Assembly: GCA_903934295.1 (NCBI GenBank)
Contig: CAIZNI010000013.1
Coordinates: 38,888-102,887 of the forward strand
Direction of reading: 5' to 3'
DNA: 64,000 nucleotides
Source of the DNA: an uncultured beta proteobacterium
GTDB lineage: Bacteria > Pseudomonadota > Gammaproteobacteria > Burkholderiales > Burkholderiaceae_E
The position numbers were made by a program, and so were the translations under genes. Below the pieces are notes generated by a model. It made no database searches. It saw only the letters and a program-made list of their open reading frames with translations, and had not been told where the DNA came from. This document shows, one piece after another, positions 11,488 through 21,823 of the stretch (its first letter is position 1; every line of letters begins with the position of its first letter).

Positions 11488-14355
11488 ATGTTAGGCTCAA
11501 ATTCTATGAAGAGCGATTCGGGGAAATGCGTGGCTGCTGACCAAAAAACCGTGTTGGACACGGGCTTGAAAACGGCGCCAAAGCGTCTCGCGGTTGCGAT
11601 CGCTGTCGCGTTGATGGCCGGCAGCGGGTCTGCCTGGGCGGCCGGCCTGGGTCGTTTGTCGGTGCTGTCGGGTCTGGGCCAGCCGTTGCGTGCCGAGGTC
11701 GAGATCACCGCGCTCACCCGCGAGGAGGCACCTTCCCTGAACGCGCGGCTGGCGCCGCCCGAGGCCTTTCGGCAGGCCGGACTCGAATTCAACGCCGCGC
11801 TCTCCAGCCTGCGCTTTGCCATCGACCGACGCGCCGACGGTCGGGCCTTCGTTCGCATTTCTTCGGCCCAGCCCATCAACGAACCGTTTGTCGACATGCT
11901 GCTGGAGCTGAACTGGGCTGCCGGCAAGTTCGTCCGTGAATACACCTTCCTGCTCGATCCGCCCGAACTGCGCAGCATCCGGGAAACGGTAGAAGGGGGT
12001 GCCGGTCAGGCGACCATCGTTGCGCCGACAGCGGCGCCGGCTCAGGCCGCTGCACCCGCTGCCTCCGCTCCCACACCTGCCGCACCCGCGCCCGCACCCG
12101 CCCCTCCCGCACCTGCAACGCGCCGGGAACCGGCGCCTGCCGCGGCTGCGCCGGCCCCCGCCGCGTCGGCTCCTGCCCCCGCTGCGTCGCGGCCGGAGCC
12201 CGCCAGACCTGCGCCGGCGGGCGCCAATGAAATCCAGGTGCGCAGCGGTGACACGCTGTCCCTTCTCGCTTCGAAGGTCAAACCCCCCGCAGCGTCCCTC
12301 GATCAGACGCTGGCCGCTCTCTATGAGCGCAATCCCCAGGCTTTCGACGGCAACATGAACCGCCTGAAGGCCACCAGCACGCTGACGGTGCCGCCGGCTG
12401 CCGACATCGCGGCGATCGATCCTGCGAAGGCGCGGGCGCTGGTCCTGGCTGAGTCAGCCGATTTTTCGGCATTCCGTTCCCGGCTCGCCAAGGAGGCGCC
12501 CGAGGTGGGCGCTGCCAAGCCCGGCCAGTCGGCTGCGGGCGCGGTGAGTGCCAAGGTTGAAGACAAGAGTGACACCGCGCGCGCCGGCGATCAACTCAAG
12601 CTCTCGAAGTCGGGCACCGCCGGCAAGGGCGGTCCTGGCGCAGCGGTCGGACAAGAGGCTGCAGAGCAGGCGGTCGCTCGCGACGCTGCGCTCAAGGAGT
12701 CACAGGCGCGGCTGAAGAGCCTCGAGAAGAACGTCGGCGATCTGCAGAAGATGCTCGATCTGCGCAATCAGCAGATGGCGGAACTCCAGCGCCAGGTGGA
12801 CGAACTGAAGTCGGCTGCGCGCACCGCCAGCGGCGCGATTGCCCGGCCGGAGGCGCCGAAGGTCGCTGACGCGACAAAGCTCGCGCAGGCGCCCAAAGCC
12901 GCCGAAGCCCCCAAGGCGGTCGAAGCCCCCAAGGCGGTCGAAGCCCCCAAAGCCGTCGAACCCCCGAAGCCCGTCGAACCCCCGAAGCCCGTCGAACCCC
13001 CGGCCGTCATCGAAGCACCGAAGGCCGTCGAAGCGCCGAAACCCGAAGCGGTCAAGCCGCCGCCAGTCGAAGTCAAGCCGCCGCCCGCTCCCGTGCCGGC
13101 ACCGGCACCCGAGGCGGGCTTTGTCGAGGATCTGCTGGCCAACCCGCTGCTGTTGCCCGGGCTTGGCGGCATCCTGGCGCTCGGTGCCGGCTACGGCTGG
13201 TATGCGATGCGCCGGCGCAAGAAGGTCGAGAAGTTCGAGGACAGCCTGATTGCCGACGACGGCATCGCCGCCAACTCGCTGTTCGGCTCCACCGGCGGCC
13301 AGAGCGTCGACACCAGCAGCGCGTTTGCGTCGCTCAGCAAGGAAACCACCGGGGAAGCGCCGGCGACCGAGGTCGATCCGATCGCTGAGGCCGAGGTCTA
13401 CATCGCTTATGGCCGGGAAGCGCAGGCCGAGGAAATCCTGCGGGAAGCGCTGCGCAAGCAGCCCGAGCGCCAGGCGATCCGCGCCAAGCTCCTCGAGATC
13501 TATTCCGGCCGCAAGGATGTCGATGCCTTCGGGGCGCTTGCCCTCGAGATGCACGAGATGACCGGCGGCATGAACGAAGAGTGGCCCAAGGTCGTCACCA
13601 TGGGTCTTGCGATCGACCCCGAGAACCCGCTCTACACCGGGCGGCAACCCTCGGCCGACGAAATGTCCGACGATGACATGAGCCTGGAAGGCAACCTGAC
13701 CGAGCCGCAGATGGATGCGCTGCTCGATGAGGACGTCGAGCCTGCCGACCTGTCGTTCGCCGAGACCGTTCCGATGGATCCCGCCGAACTGGCTGCGCAG
13801 GCCGATCTGGCGGCCGATGCCAATTCGCTGGACTTCGACCTCGAGATCGACACGACCATCGGCAAGGCCGGCGAGAAACTGGCGACGTCGCGCGACGATG
13901 TCGAGTCCGATCTGGCGCGCGCGGTCGACGGTCGCTTCGACCTGCCCGATCTCGACATGCCCAGCAGCGCGGCGCCCGCCTCCTCCGATCGGGACCAGAC
14001 CCGAACCGCAGACGAGTTCAGTCTCGACCTGCCGGCACTCGAGGGGCTGAGCGAGATCATCGCCCCGCCCGCGGAGCCCGGCAATGCGATGGCCGACTTC
14101 GAGAACCAGATCGATCTGGCCCCGGTCGAACTCGAGCCGGAGCCCGCTGCAGCGCCGGCCGCCGAGCCGGAGGCCCTAGAGGAAGCCGACGACGGCATGG
14201 ACTGGCAGGAAATGGCCACCAAGCTCGACCTGGCGGCGGCTTATGAGGAAATCGGCGACAAGGAAGGGGCTCGCGAGTTGCTCGACGAAGTCGTGGCAGG
14301 CGGCGATTCCGCGCAGAAAGACCGAGCCCGTTCGATGCTCGCGAAACTGGTCTGA
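11488..14355 (+). CDS. fimV: FimV/HubP-type polar landmark / peptidoglycan-binding protein
   Basis: 955 aa. It has a signal peptide and the conserved FimV N-terminal block LGRLSVLSGLGQPLRAEVEI. A LysM-like segment (IQVRSGDTLSLLASKV), a coiled-coil, a Pro/Lys repeat linker and one TM segment follow. The C-terminus is acidic and ends in the FimV C-terminal motif LDLAAAYEEIGDKEGARELLDEV. It sits in the canonical asd-fimV-truA position. Confidence 0.85.
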   Translation: MLGSNSMKSDSGKCVAADQKTVLDTGLKTAPKRLAVAIAVALMAGSGSAWAAGLGRLSVLSGLGQPLRAEVEITALTREEAPSLNARLAPPEAFRQAGLEFNAALSSLRFAIDRRADGRAFVRISSAQPINEPFVDMLLELNWAAGKFVREYTFLLDPPELRSIRETVEGGAGQATIVAPTAAPAQAAAPAASAPTPAAPAPAPAPPAPATRREPAPAAAAPAPAASAPAPAASRPEPARPAPAGANEIQVRSGDTLSLLASKVKPPAASLDQTLAALYERNPQAFDGNMNRLKATSTLTVPPAADIAAIDPAKARALVLAESADFSAFRSRLAKEAPEVGAAKPGQSAAGAVSAKVEDKSDTARAGDQLKLSKSGTAGKGGPGAAVGQEAAEQAVARDAALKESQARLKSLEKNVGDLQKMLDLRNQQMAELQRQVDELKSAARTASGAIARPEAPKVADATKLAQAPKAAEAPKAVEAPKAVEAPKAVEPPKPVEPPKPVEPPAVIEAPKAVEAPKPEAVKPPPVEVKPPPAPVPAPAPEAGFVEDLLANPLLLPGLGGILALGAGYGWYAMRRRKKVEKFEDSLIADDGIAANSLFGSTGGQSVDTSSAFASLSKETTGEAPATEVDPIAEAEVYIAYGREAQAEEILREALRKQPERQAIRAKLLEIYSGRKDVDAFGALALEMHEMTGGMNEEWPKVVTMGLAIDPENPLYTGRQPSADEMSDDDMSLEGNLTEPQMDALLDEDVEPADLSFAETVPMDPAELAAQADLAADANSLDFDLEIDTTIGKAGEKLATSRDDVESDLARAVDGRFDLPDLDMPSSAAPASSDRDQTRTADEFSLDLPALEGLSEIIAPPAEPGNAMADFENQIDLAPVELEPEPAAAPAAEPEALEEADDGMDWQEMATKLDLAAAYEEIGDKEGARELLDEVVAGGDSAQKDRARSMLAKLV
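12889..13050 (+). repeat. 18-bp x9 in-frame tandem repeat (APKAVE/PPKPVE units) in the fimV linker
   Basis: Units GCCCCCAAGGCGGTCGAA and CCCCCGAAGCCCGTCGAA and variants, read directly. The array is in frame with fimV. Confidence 0.85.
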
Positions 14356-14374
14356 TCGATTGCGTCTGAAACCG

Positions 14375-14402
14375 ACGGGGAAGCTGGGCTTCCCCGTTTT
14401 CA
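14375..14402 (+). terminator. rho-independent terminator after fimV
   Basis: Perfect 10-bp stem ACGGGGAAGC / GCTTCCCCGT with loop TGG, followed by TTTTCATT, about 20 nt after the fimV stop. Confidence 0.75.
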
Positions 14403-14516
14403 TTGGTCCCGCCGTTGCCTTCGGTTGATCTTCCTGACGCCGCCGGCGGCTCCGCCGGGACGGTCGTCGGGCCCGCCCATGCCCATGCCCTGCGCGCGCC
14501 CGCCGGCACGCGGCGG

Positions 14517-15287
14517 ATGGCATTGCGTCTGGCTTACGACGGGCCGGCCTTCCAGGGCTGGCAGACGCAGCCGGGCGGTCGAACCGGCCAGGATCTGGTC
14601 GAGGCGGCGCTCGCGACGATGGCCGGTCATCCGGTGGCCACCGTTTGCGCCGGGCGAACCGATGCCGGCGTGCACGCGGTCGCGCAGGTGGTGCACTTCG
14701 ACACGCCGACCGAGCGCCCCGATGGCGCCTGGCTTCGCGGAGTCAATGCGCAACTGCCGCCGACCATCGCGGTGCAGCAGGTGAGCCCGGTCGCGCCGGA
14801 CTTCCATGCCCGCTTCGGCGCCCTGCGGCGGCGCTATCGTTACCTGATCCTGCGCACGCCGACGCGCCATCCACTGTGGACCGGGCGCGCCGCCTGGGTG
14901 TATCGCCCGCTCGATGCCGATCGCATGCGCGAGGCCGCCGGCGCGCTGCTCGGCCAGCATGATTTCAGCGCCTTCCGGTCCTCGCAGTGTCAGGCCCGCT
15001 CGCCGGTTCGGGTGCTCGAGCGCCTCGACCTCTTCGAGCGTGGCGACCTGCTGGTCCTCGATGTGCAGGCCAACGCCTTCCTGCACCACATGGTGCGCAA
15101 CCTGGCGGGCGCGCTGGTGTGGGTCGGCATGGGGCGCCGCCCGGTCGACTGGACGGCCGAGGTACTGGCCGGACGCGATCGCCGACTGGCTGCGCCCACC
15201 CTGGCTGCCCAGGGGCTATACCTGACCGGGGTAGAGTACGTCCTGGACAACGACCTGGGCAGCTGGCCCGCCTTGCCGGTGCCCTGA
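14517..15287 (+). CDS. truA: tRNA pseudouridine(38-40) synthase
   Basis: Conserved start [18 protein letters not shown] at the ATG at 14517, in the frame of track ORF 14403..15287. The catalytic-Asp region [10 protein letters not shown] is present. Confidence 0.92.
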   Translation: MALRLAYDGPAFQGWQTQPGGRTGQDLVEAALATMAGHPVATVCAGRTDAGVHAVAQVVHFDTPTERPDGAWLRGVNAQLPPTIAVQQVSPVAPDFHARFGALRRRYRYLILRTPTRHPLWTGRAAWVYRPLDADRMREAAGALLGQHDFSAFRSSQCQARSPVRVLERLDLFERGDLLVLDVQANAFLHHMVRNLAGALVWVGMGRRPVDWTAEVLAGRDRRLAAPTLAAQGLYLTGVEYVLDNDLGSWPALPVP

Positions 15288-15296
15288 CCGACAACC

Positions 15297-16004
15297 TTGC
15301 CCGACAAACCCGACCGCTGCCGCCCCGCCGTGACCCTTCTGCGAACCCGGATCAAGTTCTGCGGCTTCGTGCGCCCCGCCGATGTCGACTGTGCGGTTGC
15401 GCTCGGCGTCGACGCGATCGGTTTTGTCTTCTATCCGCGCAGCCCTCGCGCGCTCACCCCCGATCAGGCGCTCGCCTTGCGCCGGCGTCTGCCGTCCTAT
15501 GTCGCCGCCGTCGGGCTGTTCGTGAATGAGGCGCCGGAATCGGTGCGCGACACCTGCGCGCGGGTCGGCCTCGATGTCGTCCAGTTCCATGGCGACGAGA
15601 CGCCCGCGCAGTGCCGCGCCAGCCTGCCGGTGGGTCTGCCGTACTGGCGCGCGGTTCGCATGCGCGCGGCCGGTGATTTGTTAGAATCAGCGGTTGTGTT
15701 TGAGGATGCCGAAGCGTTTCTGCTGGATGCGTTCAGCGAGGGCTACGGCGGCAGTGGCGCGGGTTTCGACTGGTCCTGGATTCCAGCCGCGCGCACCGCG
15801 CCGCTGATCCTCTCGGGCGGTCTGGATCAGCACAGCGTTGCGCAAGCCATCCGTCAGGTTTCTCCCACCATGGTCGACGTCTCCAGCGGCATTCAGGGCA
15901 CTGATCCCCGATGCAAGGACGCCGACCGAATGGCCCGTTTCGTCGCGGCCGTCCTCGCTGAGGATGCGCAGCGTTCACTAGCCACAGCCGGCAGCAGCCC
16001 ATGA
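15297..16004 (+). CDS. trpF: phosphoribosylanthranilate isomerase
   Basis: [36 protein letters not shown] is typical of TrpF. Its stop overlaps the trpB start. The exact start is uncertain. Confidence 0.88.
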   Translation: MPDKPDRCRPAVTLLRTRIKFCGFVRPADVDCAVALGVDAIGFVFYPRSPRALTPDQALALRRRLPSYVAAVGLFVNEAPESVRDTCARVGLDVVQFHGDETPAQCRASLPVGLPYWRAVRMRAAGDLLESAVVFEDAEAFLLDAFSEGYGGSGAGFDWSWIPAARTAPLILSGGLDQHSVAQAIRQVSPTMVDVSSGIQGTDPRCKDADRMARFVAAVLAEDAQRSLATAGSSP

Positions 16005-17200
16005 AACCTTACGATCTTCCCGACGCCAGCGGACACTTCGGCCCTTACGGGGGCATCTTCGTGGCCGAGACCCTCATGCACGCGCTCGAAGAGTTGCGTC
16101 TGTGCTATGCCCGCTACAAGGACGATCCCGAGTTCGTCGCCGAATTCCGCGACGAACTCGAGCACTTCGTCGGCCGCCCCAGCCCGATCTATCACGCCCG
16201 CCGCTGGTCGCAGATGCTGGGCGGTGCCCAGATCTATTTCAAGCGCGAAGACCTCAATCACACCGGCGCGCACAAGATCAACAACACCATCGGCCAGGCG
16301 CTGCTGGCGCGTCGCATGGGCAAGCCGCGGGTGATCGCCGAGACCGGCGCCGGTCAGCACGGCGTGGCCACCGCCACCATCGCGGCACGCTACGGCATGA
16401 AATGCGTGGTCTACATGGGCAGCGATGACGTCGCCCGTCAGGCCCAGAACGTCTATCGCATGCGCCTGCTGGGCGCCGAGGTGGTGCCGGTCGAGTCGGG
16501 CAGCAAGACCCTGAAGGACGCGCTCAACGAGGCGATGCGCGACTGGGTCACCAACGTCGAGGACACCTTCTACATCATCGGCACCGTGGCCGGACCGCAC
16601 CCCTATCCGATGATGGTCCGCGACTTCCAGTCGGTGATCGGTCTGGAGTGCCGCCAGCAGATGCCGGTCATGACCGGTCGCCAGCCCGACTATGTGGTGG
16701 CCTGCGTCGGTGGCGGCTCGAACGCGATCGGCATCTTCCATCCCTATCTGGATGTGCCGGGCGTGCGACTGGTGGGCATCGAAGCCGGCGGTGACGGCGT
16801 GCACACCGGGCGCCACTCGGCCTCGCTCACCGCGGGCGTGCCCGGGGTGCTGCATGGCAACCGCACCTACCTGCTCCAGGACGAAGACGGCCAGATCATC
16901 GACACCCACTCGGTGTCGGCGGGTCTGGACTACCCGGGTGTCGGTCCCGAGCATGCGTGGCTCAAGGACAGCGGCCGCGCCACCTATCTGCCGATCGATG
17001 ACGAGGAAGCCCTGGCGGCGTTCCACAACTGCTGCCGCATCGAAGGCATCATCCCGGCCCTCGAAACGGCGCACGCCATCGCCTACGCGGCCAAGCTGGC
17101 GCCCACGCTGGCCAGTGACCAGATCATCCTGGTCAATCTGTCCGGCCGCGGCGACAAGGACATGCACACCGTCGCGCAGCGCGCGGCGCACGGCGCCTGA
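16001..17200 (+). CDS. trpB: tryptophan synthase beta chain
   Basis: 399 aa. [12 protein letters not shown]-lysine motif and GGGSNAIG loop. Confidence 0.96.
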   Translation: MKPYDLPDASGHFGPYGGIFVAETLMHALEELRLCYARYKDDPEFVAEFRDELEHFVGRPSPIYHARRWSQMLGGAQIYFKREDLNHTGAHKINNTIGQALLARRMGKPRVIAETGAGQHGVATATIAARYGMKCVVYMGSDDVARQAQNVYRMRLLGAEVVPVESGSKTLKDALNEAMRDWVTNVEDTFYIIGTVAGPHPYPMMVRDFQSVIGLECRQQMPVMTGRQPDYVVACVGGGSNAIGIFHPYLDVPGVRLVGIEAGGDGVHTGRHSASLTAGVPGVLHGNRTYLLQDEDGQIIDTHSVSAGLDYPGVGPEHAWLKDSGRATYLPIDDEEALAAFHNCCRIEGIIPALETAHAIAYAAKLAPTLASDQIILVNLSGRGDKDMHTVAQRAAHGA

Positions 17201-17211
17201 GGCCGCCGCCC

Positions 17212-18030
17212 ATGTCGCGAATCGAATCCGCTTTTGCGCGCTTGCGGGCCAGCGGGCGCAAGGCCCTGGTCCCCTACGTCACTTCGGGGCATCCGACGCT
17301 GGCCGCCACCGTGCCGATCATGCGGGCGCTGGTGGCCGGCGGCGCCGACGTGATCGAACTGGGGGTGCCGTTCTCCGATCCCATGGCCGATGGTCCGACC
17401 ATCCAGCGCGCCAATGAAAGCGCGCTGGCGCTGGGTGTGGGGCTGCGCGCGGTGCTGGCCTATGTCCGCGAGTTCCGGCTGCAGGATGACGTGACCCCGG
17501 TGGTGCTGATGGGGTATGCCAATCCGATCGAACGGATGGGCGCCGAGCGCTTCGCCGACGAGGCGAGCGCGGCGGGTGTCGACGGCGTCATCGTGGTCGA
17601 CTATCCCCCCGAAGAGTCGCGCGCGTTCGCGGCCGTCATGGGCTCGCGCGGCATCGACCCCATCTTCCTGCTGGCACCGACCTCGACCGACTTCCGGATC
17701 AATGAAGTGCTGGCGCTGGCCCGTGGCTACGTCTACTACGTGTCCCTGAAGGGCATCACCGGCGGCACGCTCGACATCGATGATGTGCGCCGGCGCGTGA
17801 TGATGATCAAGGAGCGCACCCAACTGCCGGTCGGCGTCGGGTTCGGGATCCGCGACGGCGCGACCGCCCGGCTGGTCGGCGAAGTCGCCGATGCGGTCAT
17901 CATCGGCACCCGCATGATCCAGGTGCTCGAGGAGGGCGATGCGGCCGGTGCCGCCGAGCGCGCCCAGGCCTTCACCGCCGGCATCCGGCAGGCGCTCGAT
18001 GCGCCCGCCGACATCGCCGCTGCCCGCTGA
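17212..18030 (+). CDS. trpA: tryptophan synthase alpha chain
   Basis: 272 aa. [17 protein letters not shown] signature. Confidence 0.95.
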   Translation: MSRIESAFARLRASGRKALVPYVTSGHPTLAATVPIMRALVAGGADVIELGVPFSDPMADGPTIQRANESALALGVGLRAVLAYVREFRLQDDVTPVVLMGYANPIERMGAERFADEASAAGVDGVIVVDYPPEESRAFAAVMGSRGIDPIFLLAPTSTDFRINEVLALARGYVYYVSLKGITGGTLDIDDVRRRVMMIKERTQLPVGVGFGIRDGATARLVGEVADAVIIGTRMIQVLEEGDAAGAAERAQAFTAGIRQALDAPADIAAAR

Positions 18031-18055
18031 CCGCGACCTTTAAAAGGGATCCACC

Positions 18056-18925
18056 ATGACCTGGCTCGACAAGCTTCTGCCGCCCCGGATCAAGCGTTCG
18101 AACCTGGGTGCCAAGCGGGTTCCCGAGGGACTGTGGGTCAAGTGCCCGGCCTGTGACGCGGTGCTGTACGGGGCTGATCTGGACAGCAGCCTGGGCGTGT
18201 GTCCCAAGTGCAGTCATCACCTGCGGATCCGGGCGCGCCGGCGCATCGATTGCCTGCTCGACGCCGAGGGCCGCTATGAGATCGGCCAGGAGGTCCTGCC
18301 GGTCGACATGCTCAAGTTCAAGGACAGCCGAAAGTACGTCGACCGTCTCCAGGAGGCGCTCAACGACAGCGAAGAAACCGACGCGCTGGTCGTCATGGGC
18401 GGGGCGATCCGTACCCTGCCGGTGGTGCTGGCGGTGTTCGAGTTCGAGTTCATCAGCGGCTCGATGGGCTCGGTGGTGGGCGAGCGCTTTGCGCGTGGCG
18501 TCAAGGCGGCCATCGAACAGAAGGTGCCGTTCATCTCGGTGGCGGCCTCGGGCGGCGCCCGCATGCAGGAGGGTGTGCTCTCGCTGATGCAGATGGCCAA
18601 GACCACCGCGATGCTCACCGAGCTGGCCGAGAAGCGTTTGCCTTACATCTCGGTGCTGACCGACCCCACGATGGGTGGTGTGTCGGCCAGTTTCTGTTTC
18701 CTGGGCGATGTGGTGATCGCCGAGCCGCGCGCGCTGATCGGCTTTGCCGGCCCGCGGGTCATCGAACAGACGGTGCGTGAAAAGCTGCCGGAAGGCTTTC
18801 AGCGCGCCGAGTTCCTGCTCGAGAAAGGCGCCATCGACCGGATCGTCGACCGCCGCCAGATGCGCGACGAGATCGCCCATCTGCTGGCGATGCTGCTGCG
18901 CCAACCCAGCGACTCGGTCGCCTGA
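18056..18925 (+). CDS. accD: acetyl-CoA carboxylase carboxyltransferase beta subunit
   Basis: 289 aa. N-terminal Cys4 zinc ribbon (CPACDAVLY...CPKCSHH) plus a carboxyltransferase domain. Confidence 0.95.
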   Translation: MTWLDKLLPPRIKRSNLGAKRVPEGLWVKCPACDAVLYGADLDSSLGVCPKCSHHLRIRARRRIDCLLDAEGRYEIGQEVLPVDMLKFKDSRKYVDRLQEALNDSEETDALVVMGGAIRTLPVVLAVFEFEFISGSMGSVVGERFARGVKAAIEQKVPFISVAASGGARMQEGVLSLMQMAKTTAMLTELAEKRLPYISVLTDPTMGGVSASFCFLGDVVIAEPRALIGFAGPRVIEQTVREKLPEGFQRAEFLLEKGAIDRIVDRRQMRDEIAHLLAMLLRQPSDSVA

Positions 18926-18976
18926 CGCGCATCGTTCACGCTCGCGCGGGCCGCGGGGCCGGTGCGGGCGCTTTCG

Positions 18977-19009
18977 TCGATCGATTGCGTCGATCGATTG
19001 CGTCGATCG
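18977..19009. repeat. 13-bp x2.5 tandem repeat (TCGATCGATTGCG) in the accD-folC spacer
   Basis: TCGATCGATTGCG TCGATCGATTGCG TCGATCG, flanked on both sides by GCTTTCG. Each unit contains the palindrome TCGATCGA. Confidence 0.8.
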
Positions 19010-19072
19010 CTTTCGCCGGGGCCGTTGCACAGGCCGCGGCCCTTCGGGTTGATTCTTCTGCCTGGCGCCACC

Positions 19073-20365
19073 ATGACCGCTCCCCAGACCCTGTCCGACT
19101 GGCTTTCCCACGCCGAGCGCCTGCATCCGCGGGGCATCGCCATGGGCCTGGAGCGGGTGCGCAGCGTGGCCCAGGGACTCGATCTTTCCTTCGACTGCCC
19201 GGTGATCACTGTCGGCGGCACCAACGGCAAGGGCTCGACCTGCGCGATGCTCGAGTCGATCCTGCTGGCGGCCGGCTATCGGGTAGCGCTGCACACCTCG
19301 CCGCACCTGCTCGAATTCAATGAGCGCGCCCGCTTCCTTGGCGAGTCGGTGACCGACGAGGCGCTGCTGCCGCATTTCGCGGAAGTCGAGCAGGCGCGCG
19401 GCCAGACCGAACTGACCTATTTCGAGTTCACGCTGCTGGCGATCCTGCGCTGGTTCCATGCCTGTCGCCCCGATGTGCTCATCCTGGAAGTAGGGCTGGG
19501 CGGACGCCTGGACGCGGTGAACATGATCGATGCCGATTGTTCGATCGTCACCTGCATCGACCTGGACCACACCGAATACCTGGGTCCCACCCGCGAGGCG
19601 ATCGGCTGGGAGAAGGCCCACATCTTCCGAACCGGCCGCCCGGCGATCTGCACCGATCCGCTGGCGCCGACCTCGCTGATCGATTACGCCCGCGAGATCG
19701 GCGCGGACCTGCGCCTGTTCGGTCGCGATTTCAACTACTCCGGTGATCGTCAGCAGTGGTCCTATGGCGGTCGCGACGTGCGGCGCAGCAGCCTGGCCTA
19801 TCCGGCGCTGCGCGGGGCCAACCAGTTGCTCAATGCGGCCGGCGTGCTCGCCGCGCTCGAGGCGCTGCGCCACCGCCTGCCGGTCAGCCAGCAGGCGGTG
19901 CGCCAGGGCCTGGCCACCGTCGAGTTGCCCGGCCGCTTCCAGGTGCTGCCGGGCCGTCCTGCGGTGGTGCTCGACGTTGCCCACAACCCCCATGCGGCCG
20001 CCCATCTGGCCAGCAATCTGGACAACATGGGGTTCTTCACCGCGACCTGGGCGGTGTTCGGCGCGATGCGCGACAAGGACCTGGCCGGGATCATCGGCCA
20101 CCTGCGCGAACGGGTCGATCACTGGCTGCCGGTGAGCCTGCCCGGCCCGCGGGCGGCGAGCGCGGATGAACTGGTTCAGGTACTGGCGGAGCAGGGCGTG
20201 TCGCCCGGGCCGCAGCGCACCGTGCAGCCGTTTCAAACGCCTCGCGAGGCGCTCGCCTTCGCCCTTTCGAAGGCCGAGGAGGGTGATAGACTCATCGTCT
20301 TCGGTTCGTTTCTCACCGTCGCTGACATTCTCGATTCGCGGCGTTCCGCCGGCAGTCGTCGTTGA
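19073..20365 (+). CDS. folC: bifunctional folylpolyglutamate synthase / dihydrofolate synthase
   Basis: Conserved start MTAPQTLSDWLSHAERLHP at the ATG at 19073, in the frame of track ORF 18962..20365. Mur-ligase P-loop VGGTNGKGST. Confidence 0.92.
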   Translation: MTAPQTLSDWLSHAERLHPRGIAMGLERVRSVAQGLDLSFDCPVITVGGTNGKGSTCAMLESILLAAGYRVALHTSPHLLEFNERARFLGESVTDEALLPHFAEVEQARGQTELTYFEFTLLAILRWFHACRPDVLILEVGLGGRLDAVNMIDADCSIVTCIDLDHTEYLGPTREAIGWEKAHIFRTGRPAICTDPLAPTSLIDYAREIGADLRLFGRDFNYSGDRQQWSYGGRDVRRSSLAYPALRGANQLLNAAGVLAALEALRHRLPVSQQAVRQGLATVELPGRFQVLPGRPAVVLDVAHNPHAAAHLASNLDNMGFFTATWAVFGAMRDKDLAGIIGHLRERVDHWLPVSLPGPRAASADELVQVLAEQGVSPGPQRTVQPFQTPREALAFALSKAEEGDRLIVFGSFLTVADILDSRRSAGSRR

Positions 20366-20386
20366 TCCGGCGGCGCCCACCCAGTC

Positions 20387-21298
20387 ATGGCAACGCGCAC
20401 CTCGACCGCCCCTTCGAACGGCCCCAACGATCCGGTCCTGCCGCAGAAAAAGCGCGCCCGGCGTCGCGTGGTGGGTGCGGTCGCGCTGGCGCTGGTGGCG
20501 GCCATCGTGCTGCCGCTGATCCTCGATTCCGAACCGCGACAGGTCCGCGATGACGTGCAGGTGCGCATCCCCTCGCGCGACACGCCGCTGACCGAGCGGG
20601 TCGACACCGCAGGCCGGCCACCGGCCGACGCTGGCGATGCCCGGGCGGTCTCGCCGGCGGATTCCGCGACGGCATCGATACCGCCCTCCGACTCGGCCGC
20701 GCCGCCGTCGGCGCCCGCCACCGCGGAGGCCGTGGCGCCGGGCGCTGCGGGCGCGTCGACGGCCGCCGCTGCGACGGGTGCCGGCGCGCTGGCGGCTGCG
20801 GTGACGGGCGGCGCAGCGGCGCAAGGGGCCTCCAAGGCCGCGTCCGCCTCGAAGACGGAATCCACGCCCAAGGCCGAGCCTGCTGCGAAGGCTGAGCCTG
20901 CCGCCAAGACCGAAGCGGCTCCCAAGGCCGACGTTGCCCCCAAGGCCGACGTTGCCCCCAAGGCCGAGTCAGCCCCCAAGGCCGAGCCAGCCCCCAAGGC
21001 CGAGCCAGCCCCCAAGGCCGAGTCCACGCCCAAACCCGCTGCCACCGAATCCAAGGCGGCCAAGGTCGGGGGATACCACCTCCAGGTGGGCGCCTTCGCC
21101 AGCGAAAAGGCGGCGCAGGACCAGGCCGAGCGGGTCCGCAAGATCGGGGGCAAGTCCTACACCGAGCGGATCAAGACGCAGCAGGGCGATCGGATCCGGG
21201 TGCGCGTGGGGCCGTATCCCACCCGCGAGGCCGCCGAGCAGGCCCGCGCCCGTCTGCGAGCGGCCGGCGTCGAGGCGGCGATGGTTCCCCATCCATGA
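20387..21298 (+). CDS. SPOR-domain cell-division protein (DedD-like)
   Basis: 303 aa. N-terminal TM segment, an Ala/Pro/Lys repeat linker and a C-terminal SPOR domain (YHLQVGAFASEKAAQDQAERVRKIG...RVRVGPYPTREAAEQARARL). It sits in the canonical folC-dedD-cvpA-purF position. Confidence 0.85.
   Translation: MATRTSTAPSNGPNDPVLPQKKRARRRVVGAVALALVAAIVLPLILDSEPRQVRDDVQVRIPSRDTPLTERVDTAGRPPADAGDARAVSPADSATASIPPSDSAAPPSAPATAEAVAPGAAGASTAAAATGAGALAAAVTGGAAAQGASKAASASKTESTPKAEPAAKAEPAAKTEAAPKADVAPKADVAPKAESAPKAEPAPKAEPAPKAESTPKPAATESKAAKVGGYHLQVGAFASEKAAQDQAERVRKIGGKSYTERIKTQQGDRIRVRVGPYPTREAAEQARARLRAAGVEAAMVPHP
20864..21043 (+). repeat. 18-bp x10 in-frame tandem repeat (xPKAEx units) in the SPOR-protein linker
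   Basis: Units TPKAEP/AAKAEP/AAKTEA/APKADV x2/APKAES/APKAEP x2/APKAES/TPKPAA. The DNA units (for example GCCCCCAAGGCCGAGCCA) are nearly identical. Confidence 0.85.
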
Positions 21299-21320
21299 CA
21301 CGGCACCGCTGCGTCGTCGC

Positions 21321-21809
21321 ATGTCGCTGCCGCTGCTGAACGGATGGGACTGGTTCGTGCTGATCACGCTCGGCCTGTCCAGCGTTCTCGGCCTGGTGCG
21401 GGGTCTGGTGCGCACGCTGTTCGGGCTGGCATCCTGGCTGGTCGCCCTGCTGCTGACCCCGCTGCTGGCGCCACTGCTCATCGATCGGATTGAGCTGGCG
21501 CAATTCGCCATCGGGATCTGGGTGCTTCTGTTCATCGGTCTTTTTGCGCTCGTGCGCCTGAGCGGACACGCGTTGGCCGGCGGCCTTCGCGCCACCGGTC
21601 TGGGCGGTGTCGACCGGCTGGGCGGTGCGCTGTTCGGTGTGATCCGCGCGCTTGCCTTGATCGTCCTGGTCGTCGCCGCTGCCACCCTGATGGTCTTCGA
21701 CCGCGAGCCGATGTGGCGCGACGCGGCATCCCGACCCCTTCTCGATGCGATCGCCGATTGGATCGAGCCCCACTTGCCGCGGCGCGAGAGCGGCATTCGA
21801 ACGACCTGA
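21321..21809 (+). CDS. cvpA: CvpA-family membrane protein (colicin V production protein homologue)
   Basis: Conserved start MSLPLLNGWDWFVLITLGLSSVLGLVRGLVRTLF at the ATG at 21321, within track ORF 20934..21809. Four hydrophobic segments. Located upstream of purF as in many proteobacteria. Confidence 0.85.
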   Translation: MSLPLLNGWDWFVLITLGLSSVLGLVRGLVRTLFGLASWLVALLLTPLLAPLLIDRIELAQFAIGIWVLLFIGLFALVRLSGHALAGGLRATGLGGVDRLGGALFGVIRALALIVLVVAAATLMVFDREPMWRDAASRPLLDAIADWIEPHLPRRESGIRTT

Positions 21810-21823
21810 AAGCGAGATCGAAC

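Noticed and set aside
15671-15690. A promoter-like TTGTTAGAAT box inside trpF.
   Set aside because: It lies within the conserved trpF coding sequence (…[11 protein letters not shown]…) and has no independent support. It most likely reflects codon choice rather than a promoter.
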